64,000 nt of DNA from Torpedo marmorata (lineage: Eukaryota), in assembly GCA_977017645.1 (NCBI GenBank), contig OZ360221.1, positions 115,816,001 through 115,880,000 on the forward strand, read 5' to 3'. The notes beneath the pieces are model-generated. The model did no database searches, was not told where the DNA came from, and saw only the letters and a list, made by a program, of their open reading frames with translations. The position numbers and the translations under genes were made by a program. This document shows, one piece after another, positions 52,401 through 64,000 of this stretch (its first letter is position 1; each line of letters opens with the position of its first letter).

Positions 52401-54879
52401 CCGCTGTTCGTAACCACAGCAACAGAGACTATCCCATGTCATTTGCCTTGAATGCCACAGCCCCTTAATATGCTACCACACTTGGCGCAACTCCCTCTTC
52501 TGTAGATATAAAAGCTAAGTCTATTATTTAATCACCACTAGTATCATTCTTTATTAAAATAACTTCAAACTCAACTTTACACTTCCAAGATACTAGAACA
52601 TGTCTCGCTAGCATCTCTGCCAACGCAGTTGATCAATCTCTTCTAATTTGTTTTAGTCCCCCGTCACCTCCGGCGGGAGTCTGACCAGAAAATGGAAGAT
52701 TCAGGTCTGATTATCCCTTCACCCCCAAGGTTAGAGGTGACGTCCACGGCGCAACAGAAGTTCAAAGCCAGGAAACAAGCAGGAAAACAGAATGAAAACC
52801 AGCAAAAAGATACTGTAGTGCAACTGTAATGCATTGCAAACACTCCTAATGTACCCTACGTCCAAACAAACGCAGTCGAATATTTGCCAAACCGAGATCT
52901 TAGATTAGCGAGACCTCTACAACGATAATTTCAGTTTTTTTGGCAGAATAAGATTTAAATCAATACATTGTTGAAATTTTGTCTAATGTCTGTGTGAGCA
53001 CACAACTTTCAATGTAACATGATATAACTTGTGCCAAGGGAAAGCTGACTGAAATTGCATTGCCCGAAATTTGATTTGAATGTCTTGTGTTTCTGAAAAT
53101 AAATTAAAGAAAAACGTACCAATGTATGTAGACGAATGTGGAATGTTATCCAGCTTTAATTGTTGTTTATTACGTACATGAAACGAACAATAATACAATA
53201 CTTTGCAGGTGTTTTAGTTTTCGGCTTGAATACCCAACAAAGTTCGCCCTCAAGAAAAAGCACTTTAATCGCCTTTTCTACAATAAACCATTTGTGCGCT
53301 CTCTGAACGTGGACATGCAATTTTACCCCACGTTAGTCAAATTGATAAATATAAATTATATACAAATGTTAAGCAAATGTCGATGTCCCATTTAATTAAC
53401 CAACGTCTGATTAAGATTTTGCTCTAAAAAGAGTCGGTGTTCCTTTTCAAAATCTAAATGCTCAATGTAAAAAAAAAACACCACTTCCGTGGTATATAAT
53501 CCAGCCTTTTATACATTTCAGTGTTTTGCAAAATAAACTAGAGTTACTAAAAATAAAGTTAACGGCGAGCAGTCCACCGTTGTCATCTGTTATTTTATGG
53601 GGAACGAACAAGAAAATAAGCTATTTTAATGATGTTCATAACGAAAGCCACAATGAAACGGTTAAATTGAATTGATAACATAAACAAAAATGATTTTAGG
53701 GCTGGTTTATGTTGGCAGACAATGTGTGGGCGATTTTTGTACAATACGGCCTATAGGTATATCGACCTACAAAAAGTTTATACGGTGAATGTACAGGAAA
53801 TGTTACCATTGTGCAATTAAACACTTATGTGTTAATGAAAATACTTTTCTGTCTTTGGTTCACACGGATAAAGATTGCTTCAATATTGTAAATACTGCAG
53901 ACTTTGGAGGAATTCGTGAAAATAATAGATGCATGAGCAGCAGCTTTAAAATCCAATTCTTATACACATTCATATTGTACCGAAAGAGCGACATATTTAC
54001 AATACTTTGTGCTCAAGTATGCCATCACGGGTAGCATCTCTTCCCTTTGAAAAGTTAAAAGTAAAAACCGCATTCGAAAATTACTAAGCACAATATGTCA
54101 AATACAGATAAACACACACGGATTGCTTCAGCGAGCATAAAATAGCCGGTTTTCAAATATCTTATTGTTCCAAGCTATGTATTAAATTGTACTGTGTTTA
54201 TATATCAAGGCCAACAGCTAAAATATACAGATTTTTACATGTTAAACAGAATTTAACCACACTTGTTTATTTTAATGAATAATATAAATTCGACACTCAT
54301 TAGAAACGGTATTTCTTTTTGCTATGAATTCCAAATTGGATATTTGCATGCATATTCTCATTTTGGGATAATTATATGGGTGGGGGATGGGACGTACTGA
54401 TGGTTATTTATGGAAATAAACGTGGATCTATTGTCGAGATGGAAGTTATCATCTGCCTTTCATATGGACAAGATTGGTCTGCTGAGCAGCGACAAGCAGG
54501 CATTATTTGTAGAATTGCTGCACTATGTTTCCTCCTTTCGAAAGGCTCAGTTCCAAAGGAATGAGACTGCTTTCAACTCTTGGTAACCGAAGGTAACAAA
54601 TATATATCCAATTGTTGTGACTGGCAGTGAGAGCCACTGTAATGTTTCTAATCTAAAGCATGCGCATTTTATCACCTTATTTTTAAAAATATTTTTATAT
54701 TGCAGCTGGTCCACAACAGTCACTCTTTCTCCCAAGGCTTCAGTACACGTGTCCGTTTATGTTTAGAAGCTGCCTTCTTCCTTGGATTTAAAAAAAACGT
54801 TCGCTTATCTATGTCCAAACGTTCACCTTGACATCTCAAAGTTAATCTCTAGAGACATGCTCTATATGAATTATATAGA

Positions 54880-55017
54880 NNNNNNNNNNNNNNNNNNNNN
54901 NNNNNNNNNNNNNNNNNNNNNNNNNNNNNNNNNNNNNNNNNNNNNNNNNNNNNNNNNNNNNNNNNNNNNNNNNNNNNNNNNNNNNNNNNNNNNNNNNNNN
55001 NNNNNNNNNNNNNNNNN
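54880..55017. other. Assembly gap (138 N) in the HoxA11 3' UTR
   Basis: Run of N. Confidence 0.99.
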
Positions 55018-55238
55018 CTATGCCAAGTGAACGTTGAGCATTAAAATTCCAGTTACTTTTTAAAGTTGAAACTAGACGTCCCAATTAGTTTTGAAAAGTT
55101 GTCTGGCCCGTCAGAGTTGTATTAAAGTGTCTCTCACAAACTCGAACTTGAGTTTTTTTTTTACCTCTGCATTCTGGCCTGTCCGATTTCATCGTAGAAG
55201 CTGGGAAGATGGAATGCCTCTGTAAAATCAGTCTCATC

Positions 55239-55471
55239 TCAAAGCAATGGATTCGTAGTGTAATATTGAAGACGGTCCCTGTTTAACTTCTTTTCCTTCA
55301 TCCTCCTGTTTTGAAACCAAATTTTAACTTGCCGGTCGGTTAGGTTGAGCATCCTAGAAAGTTGTAGGCGCTTCTCCTTGTTGATGTAGACACTGAAAAA
55401 AAATTCTCTCTCGAGCTCCCTGATCTGGTACTTGGTATAGGGGCATCTTTTTTTACGTGTACGCTGGCCAC
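55239..55471 (-). CDS. HOXA11: Homeobox protein Hox-A11, exon 2 (homeodomain)
   Basis: Acceptor ttacAG|GT. Encodes (S)[76 protein letters not shown]. Confidence 0.97.
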
Positions 55472-56524
55472 CTGTAACAGGTAAAGAATGCATTAAAACA
55501 TTGATAGTTGCAAGTGAGGGCAAATCAGGGGAGCCAGTATTTTTGTGTACTTTGCTGTGAACAGGAAAATCCTCTAGGCTGTTCCTACTTTTTACCCCAC
55601 TATAATTTCGACAAATGCTCGAGATACACAATAATTCGCTGTAGAATAAAAACGCATTGTAATATGTTTTATGGACTTTGGAACAAAAGATGGCTGCCTC
55701 GATTATCAGAATGGTTGTGGAACTTCTTAAATTGAATTTGCAATGTACCCTTTCCAAAGATATACTTGAAATTACCAAAGAGCTTTCCGTATCCAAAGAC
55801 AAGCTTCATTCTTTGGAAGGTAAATAATTTTGAAAGAGGAAACGCTCATATAGGAACATTAAAGACAGAAAATACACAGAATGCAAGACGTCTCACTTTA
55901 TCTAGCGTGCTAAATCTAAAAGAAATCGAAGCGTGGGATAGCCAACGCAACATTTTTAAGATGCTGTGAAACAGGAATTAGTTTCCTTAGGGAGGGGGTT
56001 TGGTTGTGTCGATATTCCACGTTGTAAAAGTCAAAACAAGCAATCTCCAGAAGTAATATTGTAGCGTTAAAGCTTTGCTTATCGCATGTCCAGCTATAAA
56101 ATGTGATTATTAATTATGGCACCCGGTCCTGAAATAAGTTTTTTTATGATGAAAAGCTCTGAGCTAAAGGTATTGCAGTATTTATGTTGCTGTTAAAAAT
56201 GTCATTTTGCCCTGTTATGTTTTAAAGCGGTTAGTCGTGGAACTAAATACATCCAATAAATAGAGTTTTTGTGTCAGCACGTGTTTTATAGAAATTGTGA
56301 GCTGAATGAATATACGCATAGATCACAGCGGCCAAAAGTCTAGTTTTTAAGAATGCACACCTAATAATTTAAATGATCAGATTTTTAATCCTAATTTCAC
56401 TTTTTGAGGTGCAAATTGAGGTATTTTAATGCAGGGATTGGCTCGTGTTATTTCACGGCCAATTTCAGAGCGGAACACGTGATCCTGTCATTTATATAAA
56501 AAAAAGTTTTGTTGGGAAATCTAC

Positions 56525-56582
56525 AGGCCATCTATAAACCCCCTTATATGCTTATAAAACAGCACATAAAATTTTTAACAGC
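56525..56582. promoter_or_regulatory. HB1-like Cdx/AbdB site cluster at the 5' end of the HoxA11 intron
   Basis: CTATAAA, CTTATAT, CTTATAAAA and CATAAAA within 55 bp. Confidence 0.55.
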
Positions 56583-56635
56583 AGCGCGCGAGATCGCAAA
56601 ACTTTCCTTCATAAGTGGGCACTGATTCTACCTAC

Positions 56636-57245
56636 TAGAGTTGCTGCTTTTTTCTTCATTGTTGCCGGAAGAAGATTCCGGGCTGCTGCTCCCGGGACTC
56701 GTCTCTTTCTCCGCCGACACCCTGGAAGTCTCCGAACTTGAAGTTGCTGCAGACGGCACTTTACCTGGACTCTTCTCCCCGCAATACTCCGACTGCTGAT
56801 TCTCACTAGAACCGTAGGCAGTCTCGAAGAACTGATCAAATCCTTGCGGCAGGACTCCGTTCCTACCCACCGGATTGTAGAAGCTGGAAGACGCGTTAGA
56901 ACTGGGGTGGTAAACGCTGGCGCTATTTTTCATTAACATCTCGCCCATGGTGCTGGCAGGCAGACATTCTCTGTGCATCAGCTCCTCTGCGGAATAGCAA
57001 TGGGGGAGATTGCTTCTGTGATGCCACTTATTGGAAGGATCGATGGCATAGTCTCTGAAGGTAACTTCTCGCACAGGTTGAACCTGAGGGATATTAGACG
57101 AGTAAGAGTATGTCATGGGACGAGAAGCCGGTGTTTGGGGTAAAAAGGAAGGAAGGCTGGAGAAATCCGGACCCGAGACATAATAGGTACAGCTAGGCAA
57201 ATAAAGATTGGAGCCACAAGAAACCCGCTCATCAAAATCCATCAT
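56636..57245 (-). CDS. HOXA11: Homeobox protein Hox-A11, exon 1
   Basis: [39 protein letters not shown]...[11 protein letters not shown]...[18 protein letters not shown]. Phase-1 donor A|GTAGGT at 56635. 610+233 nt gives 280 aa. Confidence 0.97.
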
Positions 57246-57339
57246 CGCTTTCTTGGGGTCCCCTAGCGCAAGAATAGCTTGCATTCGCACAGCTAAACAT
57301 GGTCCTTAGATGCTGCTGCCTCTTTGAAGCTGATCCGCG

Positions 57340-57450
57340 GAGTAAAAATTTGGAAACGTAAGCTGACGTGGAAATGTATCTCCATACATCGCAGGGACTA
57401 GCCAGTCATGTGACCAGATGCCTGGAGAAATTGACATGCATCACTTTGGA
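57340..57450 (-). promoter_or_regulatory. HoxA11 proximal promoter
   Basis: TTTTTAC, CRE/E-box-like TGACGTGG (57364), GTCATGTGAC (57405) and TTGACA, about 100-200 nt upstream of the ATG. Confidence 0.55.
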
Positions 57451-60400
57451 TTCCCCCCTCGCACCAGGAGCGCAAAGCTCTTTACAACTGAGCTCTGCAC
57501 ATTTCTAAACGGGGAAAGGAAAGCTCGAAAAATACTGTGAAGGTGTTCAAGCTTCACACCCGAGACGCATTTGGCACATTTACTTCATGTCGCTCCAACA
57601 AGCTGACTCGAACCAAGAGTAGACATGGAAAAAACTTATAAGGATTTCCTCAGCAAAAAAATATATCAAACATTGATTTTTTTTTAAAAATCAAGAAAGA
57701 GTAATTTTCAAATGATCACACATGCATTACTACTGGAGAAAAACCACGGGAACAGTCGACATTTTAATGGAAAATAATCCCCTTATCTTTTCTCTTGTCA
57801 CACTAACGAAAGACAATGTGCAACATATTTATTTCGTCAACAGAGAATTTGTGAATGTATGAATAATAACCAAAACCCAATAGGAATTTTACCGAAATGG
57901 TGAGAGCGTACTTTTTGAATGAATAAATCTGTTTTCAACTCAAAACGTTTTCACCCCATCTCTCCGCTAAACAAAAATAATAGAAGGGAGCACGCAACCC
58001 TTTGTAGACCCCACAAAGACGTAAGGAACATATCAGATTGATGACATTTTCGAACTGTATATGGTTTGTTTGTGTCTTTTGCGAGTGTATCTAAATCGAT
58101 ATAAAACTGAATCCGCAAGAATCTGCCACATGTGTTTTTTTTTAATTGTTAAGGTGCTTCTGAGTTGAGGACAAATGGACATGGTCACGTTCAACACTGC
58201 ATGCAAAACCTTCGCCCTCTCAACACATATATATAAATCAGATAACCATTTTGCTCTATTTCAGGAAATATTACCGAAAGCAGTCTAATGTTCAATAAAT
58301 GTTCACATGACAAGCGGATTTCTTCTAAACATGCTGTTCCCGGCAGAACACTTGCAACTATATCTTTAAAAAGTATTGGATGAAACAGGCGTGAACATAA
58401 CAGAATAAAAATCTATTTGACATTGGCCTTGGGCAGATTGCTCTATATGTCCATAAAATATCAACAAAGTCACCTGAATAAGATACAGACTTATATTAGT
58501 GTGGTTCAGATTACATAAATAATTGTTTTATTTTGGAGAGGGAAAGATTAATTTTTAAAAATCCAACAAAAGGGCGTTTGTTTTAGATATATTAGCACCA
58601 TCTGACAAACTATAGTTCAAATGCATACTAAGTGTTTGAGAGTCACGCAATGAATTCTGCTGCGGTTGAAAATAATGGTACCACAGATAAGACTTGAAGT
58701 TAAACTTTACTTTAAGAATTTGTCGCATATTATCTTATTTATGTTCCAAAAACAATTGCGCTGTGCCAAAACAAACAGGGTTCCTGGGGATAAGAATCTT
58801 TGCCATAAACATTTGCCAGAAAGACCTAACTCTAAATTAAGTTCCACGTACAAAAAGTCTCTTTACAAGGAACCGTGTTGGTCGTAAGTTAATAATTTAT
58901 TTTTTTAATTGTCTCGTTATGTTAAGACCACAGCAATTTGATGAAAAGCCTACAAAATACTCGAAATATTTTTCTGGCTCGCGCAACCGAACACATCGCT
59001 CGCTATATATAAAAAAAACATCTTATATAACGAGTAATGCTAGATTCCGAAAATACTGGGAATATTAAGAGCATTTTCGAAGCCATAATTTGTAACATTT
59101 GCAATACACGGTGTAAAGATTATTTGTGGATTTCAACCATTGGTCAATCGGCTTATCTCTACAGTAGACTATAGAATATATTTGCATTTTATTTATTTAA
59201 TAATTTTTACAAATGATATGCACAGAATAGAATTAAAATATGAAGTCTTGCTGTGAAATCTAACAGTATTAAATTAAGACCCAACTTAATTCATTTTCAG
59301 TGTTTTTTAATAAAACGATTCGCATTGGGGTATATTTAGTATCTGTAATCAAGACTACAGATGTAAAACCACGAGTTGTAAAGAAAATTAAAGGAAGTCT
59401 TGTCGGATAGTGTTACTGCACGAATCGGCAAATTCGGACACTGCTTTTCATAAAAATAATTAAATATAATACGCCTACGAGAACTGTAAGCGGGTTTGCC
59501 TGACCTGAAGTTTTAATAGCAGTTTTGACAACCAGCTCTTGCAGATGGCCGCATAGACATTGTAGCTGACCAGGGGTTAGCTGAAGACGCCACCTACATG
59601 GAATCCCTGACATTCAAGCTAACGTGAGCAATCAGGCGTTCCCCAAAGCTACAAGGAGGCGCACGATCTTTGTCTGATACAAACTGGACAGAACTTTGAA
59701 GGAGTAAGCTTTTTAGCTGGTCGTTGCACCTTTTTTTACTACCAGTCGTTCAAAAATCTAACTTTTTGACATTTTTGTTTCAAACGAAATAATAGGAAGT
59801 TGCGTGAAAGAATTGATGTGTGCTTTAACGCAATCTGTACTTTTGCAAAAGATAACAAAAAATAAATTACAGCTATTTAATAATCCTTCAACTTTAAAAA
59901 AAAATGGAAGCTGGCGATTTTTTTTCCCGTTTATATAAAAACCGAAAATGAGTTAAGATGCAGTCATTATCTTATCGCTGCGCCATTTTCTAGCCATTTG
60001 TATTTCTCAGTTATTATACTTCCTCTGTAGTAAGTATCACCCTTTCTTATGTCTGATGTTCAATTATGGATTCAGGATCGAAATGTTTTTTTTTGCTTTA
60101 GTGATGGAGTCGCTTTCAATAATATACAGTAGTGATGTAATGCTGAAAGAGATGGTTCCAAAATATTCCTACCTTATTCATCTTTTATTGGATGCAAACT
60201 GCGGCCATTTGGTTGATATTTGATGTGAACGAAATCTAAAGTTAAGGCTGAAGTTTAAGGAGATCAGTGAATTATTGCGGCGCAGGCTATGTTCCTCTAG
60301 GAGTCCAACTCCGTGGGACAGCTTGAGACCATCACACAGAGGTGTACCTCGAAGCTTTGTTGAAGATTTTGTTAGAAGCGAAATCGGATTAAAACTTTTC

Positions 60401-63400
60401 GTCTTTCAGTTGGGGGGGGGGGGGGGTGAGAAATTCTTGTACCAAAAATAAGAGAGGAGTTAGACTAAGTTCTCATCTGAATTTGGATAGGGTTTTGCGC
60501 GGAAGAGCGCACAACCGATTTAACATTGAACTTCAACTTTGGAAAATGCTGCTCAAGCGAAATGAATATGTTTCTCAAAAACAAGATTTCTATCATGCGA
60601 AGTTAAATTTTACGAAAATATCAAATCTTAATCTATTGGTCACCTTGATAAAATACATAAATATTTGAATCATGACCTGCCGCCACTTGTAATGTCGATT
60701 GTGTCATTATTGGAGACGGACTGGACAGGGAATGAAATACATTTTGTCGTGTTTGTATTCTGTGGTCGCACTATCCATGGGATAAAAGCTGAAAACTGTG
60801 TTGCAGCTAACGCACATATATTGTCATAGTAAACCGAACGAATACCGAATGAAAGCGGCCAGCGATATTATTCTTTGCAGGATTTTACAGGGGGTTGCAT
60901 CCGCATTAGTTCTTCATTTTTCCCATGAACGTATATCTTAACGGTATCTAACAGCAAAACATTTTGCTACATTATGCCAAAACTAATTTTCTAACATGTA
61001 ATGGTTCAACTCACTTCTGCAGTATCTCCTCTTACCCCAAGAAGTCAAATAAAAAGAGCATCTTCGTGCATTAAGATAAATAGACATTTCTGCAACGTAA
61101 TATGAAATATTAAGCTGTCCTTTAAAGGAAATCCTCCATTCTTTACTTATTCGGTGAATAATGAACTGGTTTTGGAATTGGTACAATAAAACTGTGAGAC
61201 TTTAAAAAATCGGCGCAAATATTATTCTACATTCTCAGCCAATGTTGTGAAATTAAATCAAATAAAAACAAATTCCTTCTTGGTGGTTGGGGGTAGTGAG
61301 GCCTACAATGTATTCACTTTGTTCCCCCTTTTTAGACCAAGTATGCTACAAATCTCAAAATCTTAAATGAAAATTACTGGCTTCAGAGGAGTGCGCTGCT
61401 TTTGAACGAAAATCTCTTGTTTCTTTTTGTGCCCGGTTGTTTTGTCCTCTTCTTCAAAGGCACTGACAGTGACAAGACAAGACAACGGTAACCGGCGGCC
61501 ATTTTTATGCCTGATGTCTCCGAAATTTTGTACAAAGTTTAATTAAATACTTGAAGAAACTCGCAGCTTAATGTAAGAACACATCGCATTGATTAAAAAA
61601 AAACCAATCTTACAAGATGTAAAACAAGTCGACAATTAACAAAGGACATCTTCCAAGCGGATTATTGGATTTGACTTTGAAAAAAATGCCAGAGTTGTAT
61701 CGCTTTGTTTTACTTTATTTTTCTTTACCCTGCTGTAGGGCTTTTAAAACGACTTTGGAATACAATGCACATTGAATATTGTGACCCGGATTTAAGCAAA
61801 ATTAAAATGTTCTGTTTGTTCTGGTAATATACGTTTTTGTGCTCTGTAAAAGCCAGTGAAGCATGGTGATGTACGTGCATTTAGTAAAATTTGGCAAAGA
61901 AACCAAATCGCATACGGGACTCCAAGTTACAAATGTAATCTTATTCATTTTAACCGTTTGCGAGTAAGTTTAATGTATTTTACAAAATGAAACACTCATA
62001 TTATGAAAGGTTTTTGTGTTTCTGTATTATTTGCCATTCGGAACATACCACTTCTAGTAAATACTGAAGATCTTGATTTCGATTTTGAACCCGCATATTT
62101 TCCCAATAAAATTATAGAAACACGATAACATGTTTTACTATGAAAACGTGTTTTTTTCAATAAATCGCATAACCTAGTGCTCAAAGATATCAAATTGTTA
62201 GTGATGCAGCAAAAAAAAGCTCAGCGCACCACGGCAAGATAAGTGGATCATTAATTAATATTGAGGCTTCTCTTTTGTACAATTGGACCTCGCCGTCATA
62301 AAATTAGCATTTTATTTACAAATGCACAAACATGTTTCGCTTCTGGGCATTTTTAGTCCATTAGGTGCGAATTTATTTTGAACTAGTTCATCATCGTTTT
62401 GCAAGAAACGTATCGGAAATTTTCCAAGTTCATGAGAGACTTCTAACGTTGGCTCACGTTTTAAAAAGTTGAAGAATTACCATTTAGACACAACAAACTG
62501 TCAGATCAATTGTTAGAACTTCAAATGCGACATTCATAATGTATTAAGATATTAGGGATGAGTCATCTCATTAATGGTTCAGTGGTAATTATTTTTTCAA
62601 GGAATCACACAAAAAAAGTGATGTCCCATGTTAATTAGCCCAATTATAATTGCAATATATTCGGGAAGCCAAACATCCACATGTACTGCAATAACTACAA
62701 GGCAGAGCACATTTCATCCGAACTGTCGGATTTGAACTTGAAAGATCCTTACTTTGAACTTGGCGAGTATTCGCAGATCGGAATTTCAGACATTCTTTCG
62801 TTAAAATATACATTGTTCGCCTCCACATAGCTGAAAATCTGTAACTATTCCTTTCATTTTCGAATGAATTCTTTCTTCCAGTTTTCTATAAACAGCCAAC
62901 ACTTAGATTGCGCAGAATGGGTTCAATATATTTCCCGTCGACCCATTTTAACTCAGATCCCGGCTGGCATACTCAGAGGCGACAATCTCCTAATTACACC
63001 TAATCTTTGGTAGGTTAGCCTATTCGAAGTCGTGATGCAATTATCTCCCAGATGAACATTCAGAACCCAGGCACGTCGCGTATGTGCTCACTAAACGTGC
63101 AATATGGCAAAATGTCTCAATCACTTAATCTGAAAGAATATATAAAACCAAAGCGATATGCTGAAATTACGTTAAATGTCAACATCAGGACAGACCCGTG
63201 AATGCGTGCGTCAAGGACGGTCTGAACAGAGTTATTTCATGAAAACTAAAATGGGGGAATTGCAACTGCAATCATTCTGATGCTTTATTGATGAGTTGTG
63301 TAATTTACTTTGGACGACCGTTGTCCTGATTATGGTTAAATGCATTTACTTTTCTCCCTGCAAGTGACTGCAGAAGATAGTCAGTTTTGAGCTCAATGGG

Positions 63401-64000
63401 CAAAGTTCAAACCAGTATGTGCTGCGTCGGATTTTGAAGAATATTTTTTCGCGCAACTGCGAACGAAGTTACTGTTGAAACGTTTATTGTATCCATTTAC
63501 ACCGGGCTGTCTGTCCCACTTGGCGATGGAAGTGACCACTTTATTGCTAAATTATGAACTATTTAAAACAAATCACGTTAGCAAAGGAGTCTTTTGAATA
63601 TCGAACATAAATGTATAAATAACGTGACACAATCATAAATATAGATGGACAATTATTCCAAGTTAATTGGAGAGAGAAATCTTTCAATTTTCATTACTTT
63701 GACAAAATATTAAAGAACACCACTGCACAACTGGACAGCTGCTTGTAAGACAATGTCAAAAAGTATGATTTTAAAACCATTCAATAATTCAAAAACTCTT
63801 CCCGAAATTAGATATGTACACAAATATCTTTTAAACTTTTCCTTATGTGCCTTGGGGGCATTACTTTAATTCAAGGCGTGTATTTGGAGTTCGAATGAAT
63901 GCAAACTTTCAATAAATGTTCAGCAATGTTCGATTAATGTTCACTTGTAAAGTGAATAGTTAAGTGCACTTTAAAAGAAAATCTAAGTGATCATGCAAAA

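Overview
This window is the central part of a vertebrate HoxA cluster, transcribed on the minus strand. It holds six complete two-exon genes in colinear order: HoxA5, A6, A7, A9, A10 and A11. There is no paralog-8 gene, and HoxA4 and HoxA13 would lie just outside the left and right edges. An intact mir-196 hairpin sits between HoxA9 and HoxA10. Intact A6 and A7, AT-rich introns and a DeuSINE/SacSINE1-like tail fragment suggest a cartilaginous fish (inference, not verified). All six genes splice at phase-1 GT-AG junctions into in-frame proteins of 279, 229, 209, 260, 344 and 280 aa; HoxA6 exon 2 is missing from the supplied ORF track. Recognisable non-coding elements are the Hox4 5' DR5 RARE, three co-oriented CTCF motifs, the H8/7-6 four-cluster sequence, HB1-like intron elements and many miR-196 seed sites. 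There are four assembly gaps. The locus is a well-known system, so the novel candidates are regulatory inferences: (1) intergenic leader exons ending ATG..CAA-G|GT in phase 1, which could splice onto downstream homeobox exons to give homeodomain-only proteins; (2) an antisense-facing CCAAT/E-box/TATA module in the HoxA11 intron; (3) the HoxA9T cryptic-intron geometry with TG in place of the acceptor AG; (4) a possible polyadenylation switch over the HoxA9 miR-196 sites; (5) a very speculative mir-10 relic.
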